DNA of 64,000 nt from Pirellulales bacterium (lineage in GTDB: Bacteria; Planctomycetota; Planctomycetia; Pirellulales; JAICIG01), in NCBI GenBank assembly GCA_040901675.1, contig JBBDYJ010000032.1, forward strand, positions 128,756 through 192,755, read 5' to 3'. Every line of letters begins with the position of its first letter. Within the stretch, counting starts at the first letter, position 1. Below, piece after piece: positions 1 through 10,229 of the stretch. The position numbers and the translations under genes are program-made. The notes below the pieces were generated by a model, which was not told where the DNA came from, ran no database searches, and saw nothing but the letters and a program-made list of their open reading frames with translations.

Positions 1-1085
1 TGTGCCGCCGCCGCGCCGGCGTGGTGCGGCAAATCGCGGACCCTGGAAGGCTGCTGGGCCGCACTGATGCAGAACTCGACGCCGGCCTGGTGCAGCCGTG
101 CGGGAACGGTGAAGGCGGTGTCGTACGGGTCGTCCCGGCGGCGGGGCAGGCGATTCACTCCGCCCACAATCACCGGGACCTGATGCTTCTTGAGCAGCTC
201 GGCGCAGGCCGGCGCGTCGTAGCCGCCGACCAGCACGAGCTTCAGCTTTTCTTCCTGGACGAGTGCCAGGGCGGCCTGGATTTGCTGGATCTCGTCGGCG
301 TGCACGAACAGGGGCAGGCGGCCTTCGAGCACTTCGGCCAGAGCTTCCCAACGGGCGTCGAACTTCAGCGGCGACGCACCGGCGCTGGCGCGGCCGTTCT
401 TGGCGGTCAAGTAAGCCCGCGCGTCGGTCAACGCCTGGCGGATCTGGGTCAGCGACTTGTCCCGCGTGGCGAGCTGCTCCTGGGCGGAAGCTTCCATCCG
501 CCAGGTGTACGTAGGCGCCATTCGCGGCCAGGTGAGGTGCATGCCGACGCCCGCCCGGACCGTCATGTCCTCCCATGTCCAGCCGTCGAGGTGGATCAAG
601 GCCGAGCAGCCTGAAACGAGGCCCCCGGCCGGCGTGGAGAGCACGGTGAGTATGCCGGCGGAGCGGGCGACGGGAATCAATTCGCTGTCGGGGTTGATCG
701 CCACCTGGGCCTTGACATTGGGGTTGATCGCGCCGGTCTCCGACTGGTCGCGCGTGGCCCGCACCGACGGGATCTCGACGAGCCCCAACGGCGTGAAGGC
801 ATCGATCAAGCCGGGGTAGACGTGCTGGCCGGCGAGGTCGATCCGCTCGGTATTGGGCGGCAATGCCAGATCGGTGCCGACGGCCACGATCTTGCCGCCT
901 TCGAACAGGATCGCGCCGCCGGGTATCTCCGGTCCCGACACCGGGTGAATCGTGCCGCCCGTCAAAACGATCGGGTGGTTCTGCGGCGCGCCGGGCACCT
1001 CCGGCGAGGCACCGCTCTGCCTGGCGGCGCCCAGGGCGACGGTGGCGGCCAGGAGCCAGGCGAGGATGAATTGTGCGTTTCTCAC
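1..1085 (-). CDS. Secreted amidohydrolase-family protein (3' end outside window)
   Basis: Manual translation from GTG at 1085 (AGGAG upstream): MRNAQFILAWLLAATVALG...IVLTGGTIHPVSG...ILFEGGKIVAVG...VYPGLIDAFTPLGLVEI. Confidence 0.85.
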   Translation of the reverse strand, partial: MRNAQFILAWLLAATVALGAARQSGASPEVPGAPQNHPIVLTGGTIHPVSGPEIPGGAILFEGGKIVAVGTDLALPPNTERIDLAGQHVYPGLIDAFTPLGLVEIPSVRATRDQSETGAINPNVKAQVAINPDSELIPVARSAGILTVLSTPAGGLVSGCSALIHLDGWTWEDMTVRAGVGMHLTWPRMAPTYTWRMEASAQEQLATRDKSLTQIRQALTDARAYLTAKNGRASAGASPLKFDARWEALAEVLEGRLPLFVHADEIQQIQAALALVQEEKLKLVLVGGYDAPACAELLKKHQVPVIVGGVNRLPRRRDDPYDTAFTVPARLHQAGVEFCISAAQQPSRVRDLPHHAGAAAA

Positions 1086-1097
1086 TGGGGCCGCTCC

Positions 1098-4000
1098 TTA
1101 CTCGTCGGCGTCGTCGTGGCCATGGTGACAAAAGATGTCTTCGCGAGGCCATGGGTTCTGGCGGGCTTCGTCGGGGCTTTCGACCGCTTCGCCCGAGGCG
1201 AGCACGCGCTGCACCAGGGCGGCGCGCATGGCGGCCGCTTCGTCGCGGCGGGACTGATCGTGCTCGCGGTCGAAGTACTTGCGGCCGTCGATCCAGGTCT
1301 GTTCGGCGCGCGAGTAGCTCGAAAGGGGCGAGCCGCTCCAAACGACCAGGTCGGCGTCCTTGCCCGGCTCGAGCGAGCCGACCCGTTCGGCGATGCCCAA
1401 TTGGCGGGCCGGATTCAAGGTCACGAACTGCAAGGCCTCGTGCGGCGGCACGCCTCCGTAGCGGACGGCCTTGGCGGCTTCCAGATTCAAGCGGCGGCCC
1501 AACTCGGCGTTGTCGGAGTTGAACGAGACGACCACTCCGGCCCGGTGCATCAGCGCGCCGTTGTAGGGGATGGCGTCGAAGACCTCGAACTTGTAGGCCC
1601 ACCAATCGGAGAAACTCGAGGCGCCCGCCCCGTGGCCGGCGATTGCATCGGCCAGCTTATAGCCTTCGAGGATGTGCTGCAGCGTGCCCACGCGGACGCC
1701 GAACTGCTCGCAGGTCCGCAGGAAGGCCAGGATCTCGTCCTGCCGGTAGGAGTGACAGTGGATCAGCCGCTTGCCTTCGAGCACTTCGGCCAAGGCTTCG
1801 AGCTCCAGGTCGATGCGGGGCGGAATGCCTTGCCGGCCCTGGTTGAAGGCATCGTGCGCCTGCCGGTAGTCGCGGGCGGCGCGGAAGGCATCGTGGACGA
1901 GCTGTTCCACGCCCATCCGCGTCTGCGGATAGCGGCTGCTATGCTGGTCGCCCCAGTTGCTCTGCTTGACGTTCTCGCCCAGGGCAAACTTGATCCCCGG
2001 CGGGGCGGCGGCGAACTTCATCTCCTCCGGCAGGGCGCCCCAGCGGAACTTGATCACCTGGTTCTGGCCCCCGATCGTGTTGGCCGACCCGTGCAGGATG
2101 TTGGCCGCCGTTACTCCGCCGGCCAACTGCCGATAAATGTTCACGTCGTTGGGATCGATGAAGTCGCCGATGCGGACCTCGGCGGTGATCGTCTGGCCGC
2201 TTTCGTTGACGCCGCCGTCCGTGGCGATGTGCGAATGGCAATCGATGATCCCCGGCGTGATATGCTTGTTCGTCGCATCGATCACCACGGCGCCTGCCGG
2301 GGCGGCCACGTCTTTGCCGACCGCCGTGATTCGACCCTGCTCGACGAGCACCGAGGCGTCGTCGAGCGTGCCGGCCGGTCCGGCGGTCCAGACCGTGGCG
2401 TGCTGAAAGACGACCGCGGCGGGTTGCTCCGGCGTGTGCGCCAGCCCGAACGCGCCCAGCGGATAGTTAACCGGGTAGAGCGCGGTTTTCGGCTTCTGCT
2501 CGTCCGGCTCTGGCGTCGTCGCGGCAGCCGGCGCAGGAGCGTTGGGCTCGGGCGGTGTGGGGGCCGGTTGCCCGTCGGGCGGCGCGGCGGCGGGCATGGG
2601 CTGCCCCGGCGCCTCCTCGGCTGGCGGCTGAGCTTGCTCCGGCTTTTTCTCATCTGCATCCGGCTTCGCCGAAAACGGCGCCGTCCGCCGGGCGGTGGCC
2701 GAGGTCTGCTTGCCGTCGGCCCAGACGACCACCCCCGTCCAGGTTGCCTCCGACTTGGCCCCAATGGCAGGCAGCACTCCAGGCCGGGTCTCGCTCGACG
2801 TGGCGCTGCCGCTGAACTGCACGACCCCCGGCCAGCCGACCGACTCGCCTTTGAAGCTGGCCGCAAGCTGCGAACCATCGAGGACGACATGAATGAGCTG
2901 CGCCTCCTTGTCGGCCCGCTTGACCTTGCCCGACAGCTTGGCCGGCTCGCCTTCCAGCTCGACGACGATCGCCTCACTGCCGCCGTCGGGCGTGGCCAAT
3001 TCGAACGACCAGGTGCCGCGCAGATCGTTGGGCACCGAATCGTCCGGCAGGTACGGCCGGCCGTCGACCCATGTCTCCAACAGGCGGGTCTTCTCGTGGA
3101 ACAAGTCGCCATCGGCAATCACCAGGTTGGCCGCCTTGCCGGCTTCCAGCGTTCCCAGGCGATCGGCCAGCCCGAACAACTCGGCCGGCGTGACGGTCAA
3201 GGCTGCCAGGGCGCGGTCGGGATTCAGCCCGCGCTGGACCGCCTTGCGAATCGCCGAAAGGAAGCCGCCCACGTCCGAAAGTCCATGCGTGGTGAAAGCG
3301 ATCTTCACGCCGGCCGCGTCGAGTCGGGCCGGGTTCTCCGGGGAAATGTCCCAATGCAGCAGCCGCTCGAGGGCCACCGACATGGCCGCCTCTGGAGTCA
3401 GCACGTTGGGCGGCTTGGGAAAATTGACTGGCAAGATCACGGGGCGCCCGGCGGCTTTGACGGCCTCGAGGCGGCGGTACTCGGCCCCGCAGCCCCGGAT
3501 GATGCAGTCGAGCTTGAACTCGCGGGCAAACTGGTCGGCCCTGAGAAAGTACAACTCGTCCGATGCCGAAATCACCACCGGCAAAGTCCCAGCGCGGTAA
3601 GGCCCCAGCGCGGCCAAGGCGTCGTTATGTTCCGGCCGCGGCAGACCGGGCTGTTGGCGGTAGGCATTCCAGGCCGACTCGTACCAGGCGGCGTCGTGGA
3701 AGGCCTGCCGGGCCAGCGCCATGGCGCCCATGGGCGAGTTGGGATACGCATCGCGGCCGCGGGAGGCGGTCAGCGTGAGGTGCAAGGCGGCTTGCGGCCT
3801 GAGGATCGCCCGGGCGCCGGATTCGTCACTGGTGGCCACGACGGCGCTGGTGCCCCGGACTATTCCGACGCTCGGCGCCAGCAGGCGGGCCGTGATGCCC
3901 TGGCTGCGCAGTTGCTTGTTGGCACCCGAATCGAGAGCATACCTTTCGTCGACGCGGACGGTGGCCGCGATGTCGGCGTTCCAATAGCCGGCGCCCTTGC

Positions 4001-4337
4001 CGTCGGCCAATCGCGAGGCGTCGGCCGGCAATTCGGCCAGGGCATCGATGAAGCCGGCATAGACGGTCTTGCCGTCCAGCGGACGGACGACGGCTTCGGA
4101 TGGCACTTCGACCTGGCCGCCCACGGCCTCGATCACGCCGTCGCGGACGATCAGCGTGCCCGACTCGATCACCTGCCCCGGCGATACGACGATGCGGGCG
4201 CCCGTGAGCGCGTAGACGCGTGGCGTGTTCTCGCGCAAGCCAGCCGGGGGCGGAGTGCCGGGCGCCGCCGCCTGGGCCAGGCACGCCAGAGCGGCCGCAA
4301 CAAGGAATACTGCCGGTGCGGGAGTCTTGTGTGTCAT
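1098..4337 (-). CDS. Secreted tandem amidohydrolase (two amidohydrolase domains, Pro/Ala linker)
   Basis: Signal peptide MTHK...AQAA; domain 1 VYAGFIDA...GTLEAGKAANLV; domain 2 PGIIDCHSH...GSLEPGKDADLV. Confidence 0.9.
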   Translation of the reverse strand: MTHKTPAPAVFLVAAALACLAQAAAPGTPPPAGLRENTPRVYALTGARIVVSPGQVIESGTLIVRDGVIEAVGGQVEVPSEAVVRPLDGKTVYAGFIDALAELPADASRLADGKGAGYWNADIAATVRVDERYALDSGANKQLRSQGITARLLAPSVGIVRGTSAVVATSDESGARAILRPQAALHLTLTASRGRDAYPNSPMGAMALARQAFHDAAWYESAWNAYRQQPGLPRPEHNDALAALGPYRAGTLPVVISASDELYFLRADQFAREFKLDCIIRGCGAEYRRLEAVKAAGRPVILPVNFPKPPNVLTPEAAMSVALERLLHWDISPENPARLDAAGVKIAFTTHGLSDVGGFLSAIRKAVQRGLNPDRALAALTVTPAELFGLADRLGTLEAGKAANLVIADGDLFHEKTRLLETWVDGRPYLPDDSVPNDLRGTWSFELATPDGGSEAIVVELEGEPAKLSGKVKRADKEAQLIHVVLDGSQLAASFKGESVGWPGVVQFSGSATSSETRPGVLPAIGAKSEATWTGVVVWADGKQTSATARRTAPFSAKPDADEKKPEQAQPPAEEAPGQPMPAAAPPDGQPAPTPPEPNAPAPAAATTPEPDEQKPKTALYPVNYPLGAFGLAHTPEQPAAVVFQHATVWTAGPAGTLDDASVLVEQGRITAVGKDVAAPAGAVVIDATNKHITPGIIDCHSHIATDGGVNESGQTITAEVRIGDFIDPNDVNIYRQLAGGVTAANILHGSANTIGGQNQVIKFRWGALPEEMKFAAAPPGIKFALGENVKQSNWGDQHSSRYPQTRMGVEQLVHDAFRAARDYRQAHDAFNQGRQGIPPRIDLELEALAEVLEGKRLIHCHSYRQDEILAFLRTCEQFGVRVGTLQHILEGYKLADAIAGHGAGASSFSDWWAYKFEVFDAIPYNGALMHRAGVVVSFNSDNAELGRRLNLEAAKAVRYGGVPPHEALQFVTLNPARQLGIAERVGSLEPGKDADLVVWSGSPLSSYSRAEQTWIDGRKYFDREHDQSRRDEAAAMRAALVQRVLASGEAVESPDEARQNPWPREDIFCHHGHDDADE

Positions 4338-4475
4338 CGGCAAACCTTGCTGCTGGCGAGCGGGTGGCGACTGGGGGTTGATGGTCCGGCCCGCGCCGAC
4401 CCCGTTTCGCGGCAGTCCGGGCGGCAAACGGAATGAATTCGGCGGTGGTAACACAACAATAACCCATCGGTAGGC

Positions 4476-4503
4476 GACAGGGAACCGGGGACGGGGGACA
4501 AGG
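4476..4503. repeat. Degenerate heptamer tandem repeat
   Basis: gacaggg-aaccggg-gacgggg-gacaagg. Confidence 0.5.
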
Positions 4504-4613
4504 CGGAGGTTGAGTCCCGCCCGCGGCGAGTCGGGGGCGGGGCAAGGAACTTAGATTGCGCCGCGGGGTTACACTCGTAGCTGGCCCAAATCTCTTCAAC
4601 GCGAGGTCTTGCG

Positions 4614-5894
4614 ATGACTACAGCCGCCATAACGCGACGATCGGCCCTGCTCCTGTCCTTGTTGGCCATTTCGGCGACGGCCGCCGACTGGCCCCGGTTC
4701 CGCGGTCCCAACGGTTCGGCGGTCAGCGACGAGACCGGGCTGGCCACGACGTGGAGCCCGAGCGAGAACGTATTGTGGAAGACCGAGTTGCCGGGCCCCG
4801 GCTCGTCGAGCCCGATCACGACGGGGGGGCGCGTGTTTCTGACCTGCTATACCGGTTACGGAATCGACCGCAACGCACCCGGCGAGTCGGAAGACCTGGA
4901 GCGTCATCTGATCTGCCTGGATCAGAAGGATGGCCGCGTCCTCTGGCAGCGCTCCATAAAAGCCAAGGTGCCTGAGGACCCGCCCCAGGGCTTCTTGATG
5001 GAGCACGGGTACGCCTCGAGCACGCCGGCCACGGATGGCGAGCGGGTATACGTGCTCTTCGGGAAGACCGGCGTGCTGGCCTTCGGCCTGGACGGCAGCC
5101 CGCTGTGGGAGGCGGACGTCGGCACGGGCTCGGCGATCATGGGTTGGGGATCGGCGTCGAGCCCCATCGTACACGAGAACATGGTGATCGTGAGCGCCAG
5201 CGCCGAGGGCCCGGCCATGGTCGCGCTCGACAAGCTGACGGGAGCGGAAGTGTGGAAAGCGGACGCCGAGGGTTCGCGGGGATCGTGGGGCACGCCGGTG
5301 CTCGCTCGGGGCCGGGATGGCAACCTGGAACTAGCGTTGAACGTGCCTTACGAGGTGTGGGGCTTCTCCCTGAAGACCGGCAACCTGCTCTGGTTTGCCG
5401 CGGCGCCCGAGGACAACGTGATCTGCACCAGCCCCGTGGCACACGACGACATGGTCTACGTGGTGGGAGGCCGCCGCGGCGGCTCGGTCGCCGTGCGCGC
5501 CGGGGGCCGCGGCGAGGTGACCGAGAGCCATACCGCATGGAAGAGCGACCTGGCATCGTATGTGCCTTCGGCCGTGCTGTATGAGAATCATCTGTATTGG
5601 GTGACCGATCGCGGGATAGCTTACTGCGTCAAGGCCGACACGGGCGAAACCGTATTCCAGGAGCGGCTGGGCGATGCGGGGCAGATCTACGCCTCGGCGG
5701 TGGCGGCCGACGGCAAGCTCTACGTGGTGACGCGGTTCAACGGCACGTTTGTGCTGGCTGCCAAGCCGCAGTTCGAGCGGCTGGCCCAGAACAAGCTGGA
5801 CGACGAAAGCGACTTCAACGCCAGTCCGGCGATCAGCAACGGACAACTGATCCTGCGCTCGAACAAATTCTGCTACAGCATCAAGAAAGAATGA
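4614..5894 (+). CDS. PQQ-like beta-propeller (BamB-family) secreted protein
   Basis: Signal peptide, ADWPRFRGPNG, WKTELPGPGSSSP, repeated SSP/TP and W motifs typical of planctomycete PQQ-repeat proteins. Confidence 0.9.
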   Translation: MTTAAITRRSALLLSLLAISATAADWPRFRGPNGSAVSDETGLATTWSPSENVLWKTELPGPGSSSPITTGGRVFLTCYTGYGIDRNAPGESEDLERHLICLDQKDGRVLWQRSIKAKVPEDPPQGFLMEHGYASSTPATDGERVYVLFGKTGVLAFGLDGSPLWEADVGTGSAIMGWGSASSPIVHENMVIVSASAEGPAMVALDKLTGAEVWKADAEGSRGSWGTPVLARGRDGNLELALNVPYEVWGFSLKTGNLLWFAAAPEDNVICTSPVAHDDMVYVVGGRRGGSVAVRAGGRGEVTESHTAWKSDLASYVPSAVLYENHLYWVTDRGIAYCVKADTGETVFQERLGDAGQIYASAVAADGKLYVVTRFNGTFVLAAKPQFERLAQNKLDDESDFNASPAISNGQLILRSNKFCYSIKKE

Positions 5895-5935
5895 AGGCAG
5901 AATGAAGGAGGAAGGAGGAAGGAGGAAGGAGGAAG
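5889..5935 (+). repeat. (GAAGGAG)n heptamer array at gene 3' end
   Basis: gaatgaaggcagaatgaaggaggaaggaggaaggaggaaggaggaag. Confidence 0.9.
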
Positions 5936-5983
5936 ACAAGGTGTGGCGGAAATAAGCCGACAGCAGATGTCTGGATGCTGGAT

Positions 5984-6063
5984 CTGGGGCACGCTACGAC
6001 TCGACTGAGCTCGCGACTCGACTGAGCTCGCCGAAGTCCGAAGTCCGCTTTGCCGCCAGCCAC
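5984..6063 (+). repeat. REP-like element (CTGGGGCACGCTAC/CGCTTTGCC..CAGCCAC) carrying two nested 24-bp inserts
   Basis: Near-identical reverse copy at 17806-17886; empty versions at 10197-10229 and 11940-11990. Confidence 0.9.
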
Positions 6064-6101
6064 GCGGCCGGGTCGTCCGCTGGCGGCGGTGGCATGGCTT
6101 T

Positions 6102-6117
6102 TGGCACGCGACGTGCA
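6102..6117 (+). promoter_or_regulatory. Putative sigma54 -24/-12 promoter
   Basis: TGGCACGCGACGTGCA vs consensus TGGCACG-N4-TTGCW (1 mismatch). Confidence 0.4.
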
Positions 6118-6176
6118 TCTCTTTTCAGGCGGTAGCCGGGATGGCCGGCGAAGTCAACCGCGTGGAGGACGGCGCG

Positions 6177-6365
6177 ATGACGCTTCAATACCTGCTCGAC
6201 ACGTTGCTGAGGGAACGCCAAAGCAGAGTGCGAGACCGCCAGTCCTTGCCCGGCGACAGGGGATTCAACATGCCGGCGGTCAACACGCGAACCCCCGCGG
6301 ACGCCAGGCAGCAGGATACGAGACAGCAAAGAGAAGACAGGCAGTCTGGCTCGTGGCCTGTGTAA
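6177..6365 (+). CDS. Putative small protein (62 aa)
   Basis: GGAGG 8 nt before ATG; fills an intergenic gap; follows sigma54-like motif. Confidence 0.35.
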   Translation: MTLQYLLDTLLRERQSRVRDRQSLPGDRGFNMPAVNTRTPADARQQDTRQQREDRQSGSWPV

Positions 6366-6398
6366 CTCTGGTCTCTCGATCCTCCCCCGTGGGCCTCT

Positions 6399-8126
6399 TC
6401 ATCCCAATAGGGCCCAGGGCGCCAGCCCCGGCAGCTTCCACCACCTGGGCTGCTGATACAGTTCGAGCACCTTGCGGGCCAGGCGGTGTGCCCGGCGGTG
6501 CGAGGGAAACCAGAATGGCTTTGGGGAGAGCACCAACGGACCCTCCAGCACGCTCTTCTCGACGCCGTCGAGCATGTAGGTGTTGTGGACCCATCCGATG
6601 CCGCTCTGTGGATCGGCGAGCGTGCCGCCCGGGTAGCCGCCCCAGGGCAGCGTCATCATGGCGTAGGCCAACGCCGGCCAGTGGTTGATGGCCACGGTGC
6701 CGTAGCGCAGGTGGGCCACCGCCCGCCAGAAGCGGGCCTCGTTTCCCGGCCGCCGGCGAAATCGCGGGTGCACCATCATCCCGGCGCCTAGGGTGCCCCA
6801 TACCCGTTCGTTCGCGAACTCGACGGCCCGGTCCAGAAAGTGCTCCTCGCCGGCCGCCTCCAGAGCCGTCTCGGCACAGGCACAGACGAACGACTCTTCT
6901 GAAAACCAGTGCGGGGCCTCGTCCGGATCCACGTTGCCGACCAGCGTCCAGGGCAGCGTGCCGTCCGAATCGCCGGCCTCGCTGCCGGTAAAGCGGCGGA
7001 AGCGTTCGAAGGCGCCCGGATAGTAGGCCCGCCGCCGCGGCACGCCCGCCAGCACCGCGCGGATCTTGTCCAAAAACCGCTCCCGATCCGGCCAGCCCCG
7101 CCAGGTGATGATCAGCTTGGTGGCGATGCAGTTGAACGAGGCGTTGTTGACGATCGTCGAGGCGACGTTCTCTGCCTGGAAATTGAGCTGACGGTCGGTG
7201 TAGGGGCCGGGGACCACGATCCAGGGGGTTACGTTTCCCAGCTCGCTGGTGATCGGCTTGGTCAATACAGGCCCGCCGTGTTCGAGGCGCCATTGGCGGT
7301 CGGGGCCGGGCGGCCCCCACACGATCGTGTCGTGCGATTGGACCGACCCGGTAATGTGCACCTCGTCGACCAACTCGTGATGGGTGGCGTACGATCCGAC
7401 TTCGGCGCCGCCGTAGATCACCCGCAAGAGGCCCTCCTCGACCAGGGCACCGAAGGCCGCCTCGAAGATCGGTCCCAGATACTCGTTGACCGGGTTCATC
7501 TTGAGCAGGACCACCCGGCCTTCGTGGAACAGCTTGGCGAACATATCGGTGGCGGCGATGGCGGCCACGTTGCCCGCGCCCAGCACGAGCGCCGTGCCTT
7601 CCGTGGCGGCCCGCCGCCGGTACTCGCCCGCCAGATGATCCGGAAGGTTCTGCCGGGTAACGCTGGGCCGCATCCAGGCGTGGCCGCGGAAGCCGCGGAA
7701 CAGAATCGAATCGAAGAGGCCCCGGGCGGGGAAAACCTGGACGCGCAACTGGCCGGCCGGCCCCGTGACGATCTCACCGGGAAGCTGGGGGAGCCCGTAT
7801 TTCTCGATGTCCGAGAGCGTGGCGATCAACAACTGCAAATAGCGGGAGACAGCCATCGGGCCGGTGGCCATCTCCTCGCTGGCGGCCGGAGTATCGGGGT
7901 CCAGCCCTTTGGCCTGGCAGGCGGCCGCGACCCAGCGGTCGGCCCACTCGCCGGTGCCCGCCAGGCAGAGCCTGGCCAAGCGGATTCGCAGCGCCAGCGC
8001 GGTGTCGCGCCACCGCGAGCGGGCGATCACAAGCTGGTGCAGGCAGCGATCGACCTCGTCGTGGGGCGTCGAGCGCCCGACTTGCTCGCGGTACAGCACG
8101 GGAGAGGCAGCGGTCGAAACAACCAT
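6399..8126 (-). CDS. Aldehyde dehydrogenase family protein
   Basis: LVLGAGN, HITGS, SELGNVTP (catalytic Glu), NASFNCIA (catalytic Cys), EESF; start set at ATG 8126. Confidence 0.85.
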   Translation of the reverse strand: MVVSTAASPVLYREQVGRSTPHDEVDRCLHQLVIARSRWRDTALALRIRLARLCLAGTGEWADRWVAAACQAKGLDPDTPAASEEMATGPMAVSRYLQLLIATLSDIEKYGLPQLPGEIVTGPAGQLRVQVFPARGLFDSILFRGFRGHAWMRPSVTRQNLPDHLAGEYRRRAATEGTALVLGAGNVAAIAATDMFAKLFHEGRVVLLKMNPVNEYLGPIFEAAFGALVEEGLLRVIYGGAEVGSYATHHELVDEVHITGSVQSHDTIVWGPPGPDRQWRLEHGGPVLTKPITSELGNVTPWIVVPGPYTDRQLNFQAENVASTIVNNASFNCIATKLIITWRGWPDRERFLDKIRAVLAGVPRRRAYYPGAFERFRRFTGSEAGDSDGTLPWTLVGNVDPDEAPHWFSEESFVCACAETALEAAGEEHFLDRAVEFANERVWGTLGAGMMVHPRFRRRPGNEARFWRAVAHLRYGTVAINHWPALAYAMMTLPWGGYPGGTLADPQSGIGWVHNTYMLDGVEKSVLEGPLVLSPKPFWFPSHRRAHRLARKVLELYQQPRWWKLPGLAPWALLG

Positions 8127-8149
8127 AACGAAGGACTCGTGCAGGGAAG

Positions 8150-9085
8150 TCAGGGACGGAGTTCCACTTCGACAAACGCGTCGATCTCGTCGCGCGTGGG
8201 CAGCGACGTCTGGGCGCCGGCCCGCGTCACACTCAGGGCGGCTGCTCGGTTGGCCCAGCGGGACGCCTCGAGGAGGCTCCGCCCCTCGGCAAGCGCCACG
8301 GCCAGTGCGCCGTTGAAGGCATCGCCGGCGGCGGTCGTGTCGACCGATTGTACCCGGCAGGCGGGCACTTCGATCGCCTCGCCGTCGAAGACCACCGAGC
8401 CGCGGCTTCCCAAGGTGATCACCGAGCGCGGCCCCAGGAATTCGAAGCGACGGGCCGCCACGATGGGCGAAAACCGCGGTCCCTCCAAGTCCGTCAAGAA
8501 TTCCGCCTCGACCTGGTTGGGCGTGATCACGTCGACGAGCGACAGCAATTCCCGCCGCCCCGCGGCGGCCAAGGCCGGCGCCGGATTCAAGATGGTCAGC
8601 AGGCCGTGTTGGCGGGCTCGTTCCAGCGCCCGCTGAACCGTTTCCAGGGGCGACTCCAGCGAGACCAACAGCACGGCGGCCGACTTGAAGACCGATTCGG
8701 GCAGGGCATCGACGTCGGCCGGAGAAAGATGGAGGTTGGCCCCCGAGGCGACGCTGATCTGGTTTTCGCCTTGCTGATCGACCATGATCAGCGCCAGTCC
8801 GGACGCGTGGTTGGTGACCGTGCGGATAAACGTGGTCACCAGGTTTTCTTGCCGCAGGCGGGTTAGCGCCTGGCGGCCGTAGTCGTCGTCGCCGACGGCG
8901 GCCAGGAGGGTCACCGGCGTCCGCGCTGCGCGGGCTGCCGCCACTGCCTGGTTGGCCCCCTTTCCGCCCGGTGCCTGAAAGAACTCGCCGCCCAGTACGG
9001 TTTCGCCCGGACCCGGCAGTCGAGGACCTTTGATCACCAGGTCCGTATTGATCGACCCCACGACAAGAACGGCTGCGGCTGGCAT
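8150..9085 (-). CDS. rbsK: Ribokinase
   Basis: VVGSINTD, PGGKGANQAVAAAR, NPAPA, PNQVE, DTTAAGDAFNG. Confidence 0.9.
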   Translation of the reverse strand: MPAAAVLVVGSINTDLVIKGPRLPGPGETVLGGEFFQAPGGKGANQAVAAARAARTPVTLLAAVGDDDYGRQALTRLRQENLVTTFIRTVTNHASGLALIMVDQQGENQISVASGANLHLSPADVDALPESVFKSAAVLLVSLESPLETVQRALERARQHGLLTILNPAPALAAAGRRELLSLVDVITPNQVEAEFLTDLEGPRFSPIVAARRFEFLGPRSVITLGSRGSVVFDGEAIEVPACRVQSVDTTAAGDAFNGALAVALAEGRSLLEASRWANRAAALSVTRAGAQTSLPTRDEIDAFVEVELRP

Positions 9086-9251
9086 GATGGGGATGCTTTA
9101 CTGTTGCCGTCGTTGCCCGGCGATTCGTACCCTGAGCGCGCGGTTGATTATCGCAAAACGGCCCGTTCAAAGCGATAGAGCGGCCCGCCGCGCGAGAGCG
9201 CGGTCGCCGGTGGAGCGCCGCACCTTTGCCCGGACGTTCATGCCCGGACGA

Positions 9252-10094
9252 TCAAGCCGCGCGTGCGCGAGGGAATTGATCGCTGGAACGGGAGGATTCC
9301 ACGCCGGCTGCCGCGGGCTGCGTCTCGACGCGCATGAAGCGGTTCATGACCAGGTGCCTTACGGCGCGATACGGCCGCCGCAGCATCCAGCCGTGCAAGG
9401 TGAGCAAGAGCCCCTTGCGCCGCGAGTTGCGCAATTGTGCTGGGGAGTATTCCTGCGGGCGATCCTTGCGATGGTGCTTGCCGACATGATAGCGATCGAC
9501 CGATTGCATGTACCGCAGCGGATGCCCGCCCAGACGGCGCAGCAAGGGGAACTGGAACGTGGTCGCAATCTGGAAGTCGATGAGCACCGGCGAACCGTTG
9601 GGCCGAACGAGGATATTCTCCGCCTTGCTCAGGTCGTTGTGCGAGATGCCGCGCTCGTGGATGGCTGCCAGCATGGCCTGGAGTTTCGGATAGAATCGCT
9701 CGTCGATCCGATTCGTCTTGCGGTAATCGCGGAGATGACAGCCGTGCACGTATTCGCGAATGTAACCCGCTTTGCCGTGGCGCTGGAGGAACCGCGGCAA
9801 ACCGGGGATCCCTTCGGTCGCCTGGTAGAAGTAAACCTCGCGATTGCAAAGGAAGCGACCCAGCCAGCCGAGCGGAATGAAGCCCAGCGGATCGGTGTGG
9901 TAGATTTTCAGCACGATCCGTTCGGGCCGCTGCGATCTCGGCCGGTCGTTCAACCTGTGATAGAGTCCCGTGGCGGCGTAGAAGTCGCGCTTGAAAAGCT
10001 GCTCGAGGCGATACTGCGCGCCCCGAAAGGCGATCCGCTCCGGGAGCATTCGACCTCGCAGTTGCTTGTAATTCGCCCAATCGGCGTCGGCCAT
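9252..10094 (-). CDS. RIO/Kdo-like protein-kinase-fold protein
   Basis: VLKIY, REV, HERGISHNDLSKAENILV, LIDFQIA; GGGAG RBS. Confidence 0.8.
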   Translation of the reverse strand: MADADWANYKQLRGRMLPERIAFRGAQYRLEQLFKRDFYAATGLYHRLNDRPRSQRPERIVLKIYHTDPLGFIPLGWLGRFLCNREVYFYQATEGIPGLPRFLQRHGKAGYIREYVHGCHLRDYRKTNRIDERFYPKLQAMLAAIHERGISHNDLSKAENILVRPNGSPVLIDFQIATTFQFPLLRRLGGHPLRYMQSVDRYHVGKHHRKDRPQEYSPAQLRNSRRKGLLLTLHGWMLRRPYRAVRHLVMNRFMRVETQPAAAGVESSRSSDQFPRARAA

Positions 10095-10196
10095 CGACCA
10101 CTCCCCCCCACGGGTCAAATTGCGCCGGCTGACGCAACGACTGCAAGCCCGCGGGGAGCGAAGGATCGGCCGAAAAACAACTTCCTCACATCGCAA

Positions 10197-10229
10197 CTGG
10201 GGCACGCTATCGCTTTGCCCCAGCCACCC
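10197..10229 (+). repeat. REP-like palindrome (empty form)
   Basis: CTGGGGCACGCTATCGCTTTGCCCCAGCCACCC; stem CTGGGGCA/TGCCCCAG. Confidence 0.85.

Noticed and set aside
822..4436. 1204-aa + strand ORF and other long antisense ORFs (12125-14770, 34843-37125, 36404-38755, 54508-57117)
   Set aside because: Shadows of well-supported genes on the opposite strand in high-GC DNA; no recognisable motifs.
6399..9170. 923-aa ORF as a single fusion protein
   Set aside because: The first ~350 codons overlap rbsK in another frame; ALDH similarity begins at ATG 8126.
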